Of a DNA stretch of 64,000 nucleotides, positions 1 through 10,700 are shown piece after piece (the first letter of the stretch is position 1; each line of letters begins with the position of its first letter). Where the stretch lies: assembly GCA_002633005.1 (NCBI GenBank), contig NMRA01000038.1:1285961-1349960 (forward strand). The letters are read 5' to 3'. The translations under genes were made by a program, and so were the position numbers. Source of the stretch: Phoronis australis. Its lineage: Eukaryota > Animalia > Phoronida. The notes under the pieces were generated by a model, which searched no databases, was not told the DNA's origin, and worked only from the letters and a program-made list of their open reading frames with translations.

Positions 1-2885
1 GGAAAGGGATGCAGTTGTGCCGAGCCATACTGTAGTACGTACGACAGTCCCCAACTCTCCAGGAAACGCCAGTTCGAGATCGATACTCTGGAAGTGTGGG
101 CTGTGGGACCTGAGCCAAATCTGGATGAAAATGAAGATGTGAGGCCAAGAATGTTTATTAATATCATGCAGGTTATTTAAAACAATTTAGATGTTTGATC
201 TTAATGCTTGAAGTATTGTACATGGATTCGCTACTTTTGTAAGTTTTTAACGATTATTTGGGCGGTGTCATTGGCATACCTAATTCCTGACCTCTGCTTT
301 GTCCAAATGGTGCAATATGTGCTGGGACATGACAGACTTTCTCGATTACCTCTAATGGGGCGTTCTCTTATAATTAATCACTAAACTGCAAATTAGAAAC
401 AGTATTACGTAGCCATACAAGTAATGTTCTATTTTGGCCATAGTTTAATGTGGAATAGCCAGAAAGTTGGACTTTGTAATATATCATAACTATGAACATA
501 TTTGCGTTCGTGTTATTCCTCATACAAAGTATGTCTCAAGATAGATGATAGATGTCGCCACCAGTCAGATCATCAAGGCATAATCAAGTAAAGTATTTAT
601 TCATCCCTACCAAATTACAGCCGCTGTAATTCATCTACACATGCTCTCTGTTCATGAGTTAGAGAAAAACCACCTGTTACTGTGGCATAGCCTATTTTTC
701 AATTTTCATTCTATATTTAGACAGAAAGTGGGAAGGAAATGTAGCTTTAATTGTTGGATAGAGCAGCTAACTTCAAGTGCATAGCAGTACTGACTGAACA
801 GATGGCGTTGTGTAGGACAGCCTCCAAACACTGGGCAGAAGTAACAAGTCGATTTGTACATCTGACACAAATCTTTTATGACTTTTTAAGACCTGAATTA
901 TGGGTTTCATTACTTTGAAAATGTGCATTATGCACTTGTTTATCAGTAATATCTATAAAAATATGAAAATAAATAGTATTCACTGTCACAGTTTTATTCA
1001 CAAAAGGTGTTTCTCGTTTTACCTGATTCTCACTTGTACTTCTTTTTTCTGCATTTTAATGTTCCCAGCGTAAACCTAAATATAAATTAAAGACAGGCAC
1101 TGATGGTAATATCTGGCAAGTGTTGTGCTTACGCCAGCGGGGAAGCCTTCACAGCAGATATGTACTTGCTTTCTTTTTGTCAATTATTGTGATCTTGACC
1201 ACTTACTGCTGCAAAATTGTTTCCAACTTCGTCTTTACTCAAATTGAAACTAATTTCCTGACATTGTCATTAGGAGAGACCATTTTTATGCGCCCACATA
1301 TTTATATGTGGACACATTATGCCGTCATCTCCGTCTGGGCGGCGTCCGTCCGGCGTCTGCTGCTCTATCTCCAAAACCCTTTGACCTACGTTCATGAAAT
1401 TTGGCACATATGTTCCATTCATGAATGGGAGGGCATGTGCGAACTTTCGGACGGATCCGACTACCGGTGTGCCCCCTAGTGGCAATTTTAGTTTTTTATG
1501 CTTTTGTATCTTCAAAAGTCCTGAACAGATTTTCATGAAATTTGTTATGTAGGCACCTATTAGTGAGATGACGCTGTCCTCCCGTTTTCAGATGGATTCG
1601 ACATAGTTTGCGCCACCTAGTGGCCATTTTTAGTGTTTTCGAGTCTGTTTTTGTGCGTCCACCCCTCTATCAACCAAACCGCTCAAAGCATGATTGTGAA
1701 AATTGGCATGTATATGCTTACTATGTAGAGGACGGTTGACGATGATTTTCCGACGATTTCGACTACTGTGGCGCCTCCTAGTGGCAGTTTTGTTTTTTTG
1801 CGCCCATGGCTGTATCTCCCAAACCGTTTGCAGGATCTTTACTAAATTTAGCAAGTGTATTTATGTGATGTTGACAACGGACGATGACGACTTTAGGATG
1901 ATTCTGACTACCGGTATGCCTCTAGTGGCAATTTTAGTATATGCCTCTAGTGGCAATTTTAGTATTTTACATTGACCTCTGTATTTTCATATGTCTTCAG
2001 GTGTATACTTTGTGTTACTTCGTGACTATGAAGGAAAAGTTCCAAGTAGAAATTTGTTTCTGGCATTCTAATGCTGTGCTAATCTCGTATGTTGGTAAAT
2101 TTGTTTTTAATTCTATGTTTCTGTGGTGCTTTAAGCAACTGATGTGTAGGATGTGCTTGTATTATGAAGATCACTCACATTTTGCCCCTAGCCTATTGAG
2201 GAGACAATGACCATGCCTTTCCATTTTGCAAAGTACAACATACTACATATATGCCCTCTACTGGCCACTTAATGGTACCAATAAACAACCCTAGAAGGAT
2301 ACCGTATACGGTGCAGTTGTGGGTGCATTTCAACGCTCTGCGTTGCTCTTGTTCAGTTTCACAAACACAAGACACTTGCCAGAAAATCACTACAAGAAAT
2401 CTTGGCTTATGAAAAAGAAGGGCATTTTGGTTTACACCTTACTCCTGTAATTCACATTCATCCTGGCCAATCAATACTTTTACTAGAAAGGTGTACACAA
2501 GTAAGCTAACCTTACTCGTGAATCACTCGCTTTTCACTTGCTTGGTCTTGCCTCGTCTCAGTTTTCTTGTAAGAAGCTTACTCTATGAAATGCCCCTGTC
2601 TTCACCCAGCTGGTCATATCGTGGCAAAACGCCATGATTAAATAAGTTACCTTGCATTCAAAGTTGACAAATCACCTTCCATTCCTGCGTACCATGATCT
2701 GTCCTGGCTACCAGCATACACTATAATTTTTGGTCATGTTTCAGAATGAAAAGAGAAGCATCTTGGATAAAGATCCCGAAGCAAAGGCAATGTTGCAGAT
2801 CATTAACAAAGGACCTCTTAGCGAAGGACTGAGGGAGGGTGATCCTATGGCAGAACAGCCGGAACAGACATCATTCCACAATTAG
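1..2885 (+). CDS. MEAK7: MTOR-associated protein MEAK7 / TLD domain-containing protein 1 (TLDC1), last two coding exons (5'-partial)
   Basis: Exon 1-138 (GKGCSCAEPYCSTYDSPQLSRKRQFEIDTLEVWAVGPEPNLDENED, then GTGAGG) joins in phase 0 to exon 2745-2885 (TTTCAG, then NEKRSILDKDPEAKAMLQIINKGPLSEGLREGD...FHN*). This matches the TLDc C-terminus (C.TY.SPQLS..F.....EVWAVG) and the MEAK7-type SILD.DPEA.A.L / SEGLRE tail. Confidence 0.9.
1283..2353 (+). mobile_element. Non-autonomous Helentron-like (HINE/DINE-1-type) element in MEAK7 intron
   Basis: It starts TTTTTATGCGCCCACATATTTATATGTGGAC (5' hairpin), followed by a CCGT/GGCGTC microsatellite-like block and internal repeats with TTCATGAAATTTGG cores. 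It ends GCATTTCAACGCTCTGCGTTGCTCTTGTT. Homologous copies lie at 46075, 49545 and 56656. Confidence 0.7.
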
Positions 2886-3003
2886 TAGTATACTTGAGGT
2901 CTACGGAGTGCCTGCTAAAGAGGATATTTAAGAATTTGTCATTGAGCAGAAGACAATGGACATTATTATTATTATTTATCCAGGTGAATAACTGGATGCG
3001 TAA

Positions 3004-3457
3004 AAATTATAGATCACAACTTTGGAAATTACTTTTAAATAAATTTTCCAACATTGGGGAGCCACCTGGTTCCTTCTACTGGGGATGAGTGGTTCCCACG
3101 AAAATTTGTGTCGCCCCCCTGCTGACGTTCGTAGACAACATCTACAAGGCCCTGGATCATGAGTCAGATAACTTAAATATCGCTTTTACCCATACAGTCT
3201 TTCTGACACCTTGGTTTGAGCAAGGTGTCAACGATGTCGTCTGGGTTCAAGCCAATAACCCATCTTTGAATAGGCACAGAGTTGTCTGACTCATGGTCCA
3301 GGGTCTTACATTTCTTGTCTATGAACATACACGAGAGGGTGACAAAATTTTCGTGGGAACCAGTCAGTCATCCATCGCCAGTAGAAGGAACCAGGTGGCT
3401 CCCCAATGTTGGGAAATTTATTTTATAATAAATTACACAAGTTGTGACTTATAATTT
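3004..3457. mobile_element. MITE / foldback element with ~110-bp imperfect terminal inverted repeats, just downstream of the MEAK7 stop
   Basis: The left arm contains CCAACATTGGGGAGCCACCTGGTTCCTTCTACTGG and GGTTCCCACGAAAATTT. The right arm contains the reverse complements AAATTTTCGTGGGAACC and CCAGTAGAAGGAACCAGGTGGCTCCCCAATGTTGG. Confidence 0.8.
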
Positions 3458-5863
3458 CTTTTGTGTTGAGCAGGTTTATGTTTGTTTATTTATGCAAAGG
3501 TAATTTAATGAGTGTTGAATGCTATGCCATGTGCAATCATTTTCCGGTGTAATATTTTTGGAGATACCATTTCTTCTAATGGTTGTGATACTTTAGGTAT
3601 GTTCCAAAGTTTAAATAGTAAAAAATATGATTTGGGATGTTAGCAATGGACAAACGAAAGACGCACCTTATTCTGAAAAAGTGTGTGCTAGATGTGTGTC
3701 AGTTTGTTACCAGCAGCTGTACAATAGTGAAATGGTAGTTTAACTTCGGTTGAAGCAACAGTCTTTACAATTTTCATCTTCAGTAGCTAAAAATATGTAA
3801 ACTCTACCAACCAGGTGGTAAAATCTGTCATGTCAAGTGTGCTTGGACGTTTTTACTGATTCAAGTAACTGACAATTTGGGTATCTTTGAACCCTTTGTG
3901 ATGACTGAGATTTAGTGAGCATGTGCTTTACAAAGGTTTGCAGTTTTATTAATGGGCAAAGGGTTTTTGTTTTTGGATTTATACGAGGGTTATTTTTAAT
4001 CTTTAACTGAATGGTCTTGGATGCAAAAATTGCAGTGTCATGTGCAATCATTTACTGAGCGTGTGGTTACAGTTTTGGATGATAACCTTTTTTGCTGTTT
4101 TGTGATATTTTATTGTAAATTGAAAGTACTCGAAATTTTGAAGTTCTTAATATATGAAAATTCTTACATCTTTTGTTATTACAAAACAGCACACTCACAG
4201 GCCAATACAGCATTCACATTGCTGTCTAGTGAGAGGGCTGATTGGGCATCTGACCTGTCACATGTATGAAATTTCACATTTGAGTTTTCATTAGGTGTCC
4301 TAACTGTCTATTTAGTGACGGTCTCAGAATTAGAAGGCATATCCAACTTCTTACCATTAGCATGAGGCAACTCCTAGGCTAACATTTTGGGTTTTGTTAC
4401 TCCAAAGGTAGCCTTAGTCAGACTGTGAAATTCATCTTGGTACGGGAATTTGAGATAGTTAGGCCTATAAAAGATCTTAAACCCAGCCGCAGAGTGTCTG
4501 AAGCCGCGCACCGTACCAGTGACTGCTGGCAACTCATCCGAGAGACACCTGTAACATCCTTCCCCGCAGGGATAATAACTCTTGGGCTGCCTCGGGTGAG
4601 TCCATTCATACTTGAATGCTGTTTAGGTATATTAAAATGAGTGGCTCAGTTGCACTGCTGAAGAAAACCTATTCGCTAATTTCTCTAATAATGCATGGAT
4701 TTTAAAAATTCGAAGTTGGCTTATATTTACTTTTTAATTTTAAAAGCAGTCATGTTGCTCGTTGCTTTATTTTTTTGGAGTTTTTTTACTTTGAAACTCA
4801 TACACTAAACAAGCGCTTTGTTTTACAGCAGCAATTGTATCATCCTATACACATTTAGCCAAGCCCATGAATAGCAACTAGCTCACTTCAATCTGTGACA
4901 AGCTTTGATGTGCCAAGAAAATCGCTGGATAATTTGGGGTGAACAGTGCACGCATTCCTGTCCACTTGTGTACAAATCCTGTCGGCGTAAGAGTTGCCTA
5001 ATGGAAGTCTAAATTCAGTTGACATAGTTTGTGCTCATACTCTTCCCCCATCGCATTTTCATGTGATTGGCCAGACTACACACACTGACACACGCACACG
5101 CATACACACATATATTAGCCTTTTGCACATTTAGTGTAAATTTTGACAGCTCATAAAACGGCCTTGAGTGTTCCTTTTTAAGTACTGACTGACCTGCCTT
5201 ATGATCAGACATCCCATCTTCCTACTCATAGAAATCCCACATCTGAACACTGTATAATGACAAAACATTTATTTTACAGAATGCAATGCTAGATACAAGA
5301 ACAAGGGTAAATATTGTTGGTAAAGTAAAAAATTTCCACACCAGAGTGATAATTTTGTCAACAAAGAATGTTTGTATACATTCAAGCACATGCAGCATTA
5401 TAAATGGATTATTAATAAATAAAATTAGATTTAGAATCTTTGCTTACGAAAAAGTACAAAAGAGTACGCTAATAGCCCACTAACTGTAAATATAGAAAGT
5501 GCTTTAAGGATTGCTTGTGTATGTATCTTATAATTAGCTGGGTTCCTCTAAAACAAAATAATTTCTCATTTCAATGATGACATTGCGACTGGACATGAAA
5601 AATCTACAATTAGGTCATCAGTCTCGTCATTTGTGGAATAAATATTACTTGTGATATGGCTTTGTCATGTACAATCTTGAAGACAGTTTTTACTTCAAAC
5701 AAGTTTTCCGTTTTGCTTGTAATCAATCGGGATATGTTTTCAACTTAGCATGTAATCATTCGTGACATGTTTTCAACTATGAACGTAATCAGTCAGGACT
5801 GTCCTCCACTTGTGTCAAGTCGTCCATCATAAGTTAGTATGAGCCGCGTAAGTCTTGAAGCCT

Positions 5864-7415
5864 TTAGTACTTACAAACTTCGAGCTTGTGTTTATGGAGA
5901 TATCTTTTTTGTGCAAAAGCTTTGTGGCAGCGGTTACACACATAATTCTTACTCGTAACAGTATGAATAAGCATGTGGGACCTCAGGTTAGATTTGTCTG
6001 CAAACGCTTTGCCACAGTCCGGGTACTTGCACAAGTAGGGCTTCTCCCCAGTGTGAATCCTCATGTGACCTTTTAGTAGCCAGTTGCGAGTGAAAAATTT
6101 GCCGCAAATTGGGCACCTGTTTTGGTTACTCATCTGGCCCAGTGAGTGACGAGTGTGTCCCTGATAAATGGGTAGAACTGTGTCTCTAGCAAAACCATTG
6201 AACTGAGAATCCCTGAGCTTATGTTGAGACATGATTGGCATGTAGAGGGCGTGGTCAGGTCTACTGCTAGGAGCGGATGGTGATGGGAGCAGTACTCTGT
6301 CGCTGTCACTACCAACTGCAACCTTTGCGTCATTTAGCTCTTCATTCCCAGTAACTGTTGCTGGTTTCTGGTTTTCTCTGACGTGTATCGCGGTGTTGCT
6401 ACAACTGGCTAAAGGTGCTCGACAGTTTGACGGCTGTTTATAGACATAAATAGATTTGTTTGCGTTTTGATTTTCCCAGTCAAAATGAGCATTGGAATCA
6501 TTGGTTATTCTGTTCATCAACGACACTACTTCGCTGTATGTTATAGATTTTGCAAGCTTGTTCACATCTTGTAGTGAAAATATCAAACCGTCTCCCGGGG
6601 CAATGCTACTGTTTGAGACGAATGGTTGGCGATTGAGATCATCGAAGCAGTAGTTAATGGTGAATTCACTCTCCGTAAGCCTTGACGGATTAGTTGCTGT
6701 ATGTGGTTTTGATGGAACATATTCAAGATTCTGGTTAACTTGTAAGTCAAGTTCACTTCCGTTCAAGGCAAGGTAATAACGTGTCACTAATGACAAATAA
6801 TTCAGTGAGGTATAGTTTTTTGTCCATCTCAACTTGCTGGATTGTCCATGTTCTTTAAAACTACTGCTTGTTTGAGAAGAGCTTTGAGATGATTTTAGCT
6901 CTTGAGACCCATTTGAACCTTTCCCTGATCGCCTGATTGATAATCCAGATCGAGTTGTCATTACGTGCACATCATCATCTGAAATAAAACCACAATCAAT
7001 AGCAAACATTTCGGAAAAAATAAGCCGCGAGCTAACGTGACACGGAAAGTTAGAAAACAATTTAAAAATAGTAAATTAAGTGTGAACTCCAGAATAAGTA
7101 TATATATATGTATAGAAAGAAAATTTAAATTAATGGTGGTAGTTTGTAAACCAGTCAAAATTTATTTTGAATGGCTTTTCCATATAGGAATTGTGCCACG
7201 CCTTCCCATACCCTGAGTCTGTGACAGCCTGCGGGCTGTTGGAATGGGAACATGACAACAAACTCAATTGCACGATGACGCACCTGGTCACATCATCTGA
7301 TTTTTAAACAAGAGAAAAATAAGAGATGGTTATATGTGCCCAAATTACCTGGGTTTCGCGAGAAATAGCCATTCTTGCGTGTCCTATAGAGAGCTCTCAT
7401 GTAACATCGCGGCAT
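5864..7415 (-). CDS. Divergent Snail/Scratch-superfamily C2H2 zinc-finger transcription factor (scratch-like), 2 exons, ~393 aa
   Basis: Exon 1 is 7415-7349 ([22 protein letters not shown], donor CCAG/GTAATT, phase 1). It splices in frame to exon 2 at 6978-5864 (acceptor TTTTATTTCAG/AT). The three C-terminal fingers are [44 protein letters not shown] and [22 protein letters not shown], with a TGEKPY linker after the first. They align to the last three Scratch fingers, including the terminal C2HC finger. Confidence 0.85.
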
Positions 7416-7741
7416 TGTTCTTAACAATGGTGGACCAAGCCGTATTCTTTTGCTTGTTTTGCTGAATTTGTACGTATTTGTAACAAGTGCTTGAACTGGC
7501 AGGTGTCTGCATAAGAACAGTAACTTGGCGTTTATTTGCATTCCGTATTTAGTGCTTGCGCGTGCACGTACACAGAAACGCGTCAGCTGATTTCATGCAG
7601 ACGCCAGGAATGTCAAATTCCCGCCAGATGTCTCTAAAGATCAAAACATGGCGACTCACCCATCTTGAAGAAATGTTTGTCTAAAGAAATATTTCAGGAA
7701 TTCTGCATTATTTGAGATTCTGGGATTTTTCATTTAACAAA
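7416..7741. promoter_or_regulatory. Short bidirectional promoter/5'UTR region between the scratch-like and MARVEL genes
   Basis: Only 326 bp separate the divergent ATGs. The region is CpG-rich relative to its flanks, with a YY1-like AAACATGGCG at ~7644-7653 and an E-box CAGGTG at 7500-7505. Confidence 0.55.
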
Positions 7742-10700
7742 ATGGATGACCAAGAAAGCCAAGAATCACTTTTAGAGTCTCACTATGAACAGCAAAGGGC
7801 TGATAACGCGTATAATTTGAATGAAGCGGTGCGAAGTTCTAGTCACCCACTGTCAAATTCCAGTGGCAGTGGCAGTGGCAGTACCAATGCCAATGAATGG
7901 CTGGAGCGATCGGAAGCCTTGTCTTCTAATCCTCGACCTCCTGTTGCTAATGAGGGTGATGACTCTCTGATTTTGCGACAGAGTGAACAAGGGTCTGGTG
8001 ACTTTATTGAAAGAGTACCTGATGTGGAGACGAGAGTAAACTCGAGCCTCAGCGACTTGTCGGCCCAAAGTAAAAACAGAGCACATCTTCGCTTTGATGA
8101 TACTTACCTGAAATCTGTGGATGGTGCACTAAAACTGATACAGATTGTAAGTGTCTTTTCCCAACTGTGTGTTCATAAATTGTCCAAGAACACAACCATG
8201 AACCATATAGCCTATGCCCACCAGCAGAAGTAAACCAACCGTTTGCAGCGAAATTGTACATCTGCCACTGTATTTGAATGCATTTTTTTTACATTTCACT
8301 CCTGTCATTGGTATCTCACACAATGACTTAAGGTAACTGCATTTAAGGTTGTCTTTAAGCATTCATTTATTGAGTAACCTTTGGAACAAGCTGTTTTCAT
8401 CTGATGAGTAGGGTTTATCTGTCAATTATTATTTAATATCTAATTTGAACAGCAACTTCCATACTGAATCCTAGCTAGCAGTGAATTTTATTTTTCTCAC
8501 ACCCTTTAATATCTTGTATAAAAAGTCTGTGTTGATAGTTGACATCCAAACAAAATGTCATTTTAAGGAACTTTAACATGAAAACAAAAACAATTTTGTG
8601 TCATTGATTGAAAATAACCTCTTCATAGGCTACTTGTAAGAAACAAAACATTTCTGCGTGAAATTCATCTTGTAATAATTTGTGTATAATGACCACACTA
8701 TGACAAGAATCACATTGTAATAATTTATGTATAATGGCCACAGTATGACACGCACCAACTTGTAATAATCTGTGTGTAAGGTCCACAGTATGACAAGAAC
8801 CACCTTGTAACAATCTGCATTATGACCACAGTATTGACAAGAAATACCTTTCCCAGCTGGTATAACTACTTTTCTACGACACTCCAAAGTACTGGTCGTA
8901 GAACCTCGGCTAGCATTTATTCTGCAAACGATTTTTCTGCTAAGTCATTCAATTATTTAAAAAAAATTAACGTAGATCAAAGAAATAATTTATACCAAGT
9001 TACATATTTCCTTTTTTATTTCAAGCTACATGCAATAACCATTTTTGAGCTTTGACTGCTAGTGACTGACTTCTTGGGCTTACGGGAGCATGTTACCCAA
9101 GTAAATGTGTAATGTATTGTCACCATCTAGATAGTTAGCATTACTACGGATTGCTACATTACAAGAACTCAGCTAATATATTTATGTTTTAACTTCCCCT
9201 TTTGATTTTGAGCTGCGATACGCGTTGATTGCCTGAGGATGTGGTTATTTCAACTTCTGTAATATTGTCATGTAATTAAAAAACTGGGCACCAATAAATG
9301 AATTGACATACCCTTATGAAGCGAATTCAGTGCCTGAGCGAAATGAGTACAAGCTCAGATCACGACATGCCTTACTCAAATATATTTACTGTTTTTCAGA
9401 TCATGACGCTGACCAGTCTGATATGTGTTGTGTCTTCTGAGAGTGCTGAAGGTGGTTATCTCAGTCTCCCACTCAGCCTCAATCTTCGTGTGTTTCTTTT
9501 CTCCTTGGTCACAAGCCTTCTCTCCAGTGTCGTCATTGTGTTCCTTCATGTCNTAGCATTTTTTCTGCAAACGATTTTACTGCTAACTCATTCAATTATT
9601 TAAAAAAAATTAATGTAGATCAAAGAAATAATTTATACCAAGTTACATATTTCCTTTTTTATTTCAAGCTACATGCTATAACCATTTTTGAGCTTTGACT
9701 GCTGGTGACTGACTTCTTGGGCTTATGGGAGCATGTTAACCAAGTAAATGTGTAACGTATTGTCACCATCTAGATAGTTAGCATTACTACGGATTGCTAC
9801 ATTACAAGAACTCAGCTAATATATTTATGTTTTAACTTTCCCTTTTGATTTTGAGCTGCGATACGCGTTGATTGCCTGAGGATGTGGTTATTTCAACTTC
9901 TGTAATATTGTCATGTAATTAAAAAACTGGGCACCAATAAATGAATTGACATACCCTTATGAAGCGAATTCAGTGCCTGAGCGAAATGAGTACAAGCTCA
10001 GATCACGACATGCCTTACTCAAATATATTTACTGTTTTTCAGATCATGACGCTGACCAGTCTGATATGTGTTGTGTCTTCTGAGAGTGCTGAAGGTGGTT
10101 ATCTCAGTCTCCCACTCAGCCTCAATCTTCGTGTGTTTCTTTTCTCCTTGGTCACAAGCCTTCTCTCCAGTGTCGTCATTGTGTTCCTTCATGTCTCTAG
10201 TCTCATACATCTCCTTGCTGCTCTGAAGTGGCCACTCGTGGTAAGTGTTGTCTCAAGTTTAAGCAATTGATGTTGCACTTTTGCTATCATATGATTTCTT
10301 GGATAAAGTCAAAGTTGCATAAAAAACAAAATGATATTTTAGCAAACAAGATTTGATGTTGAACATTTATATAAAAAATTGGTCATATTATTGGTAACAT
10401 CGTTTTATTATCAATGTACCTTTATTTTTCGCTAAATTTTACTGAAAAGACATGGTCATGTGACCAAATTAATTGTGAATTGGTATAAAGTCTAAAATCA
10501 AATGCTACTTGTTTTCTTTTAGAAACACAGAGTTAAAATTACAATTTGCTTGGTATTGGGCTAAATATACAGACCACATACCCTAAAAGTATTAAAGTGG
10601 TGACATTTTCTCATTTCCAGTAAATGGATCTTTAGCGAGTATAATATAATTCAGTTAAACCTGTTGTATGCTTTTCTTTTCTTGTTGTTAAAGAAAAGTA

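Noticed and set aside
1120-1975. ORFs shared with 45920-46379, 50224-50556 and 56898-57231
   Set aside because: These are chance frames within the non-autonomous Helentron-like repeat, with no Rep or helicase motifs.
6979-7060. N-terminal part of the 398-aa ORF as coding (intronless zinc-finger gene)
   Set aside because: It starts at TTG and ends in a strong polypyrimidine/CAG acceptor. An upstream MPRCYM exon fits in phase, so this part is more likely intron.
7742-8000. AP-binding dileucine motif in the MARVEL tail (ESQESLL), suggesting a functional link to the neighbouring beta-adaptin
   Set aside because: The spacing does not fit [DE]XXXL[LI], and adjacency alone is not evidence of a pathway.
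9316-9603. Apparent duplicated or alternative MARVEL exon 2
   Set aside because: It is truncated exactly at a single N and is identical to the real exon, so it is best explained as an uncollapsed allele.
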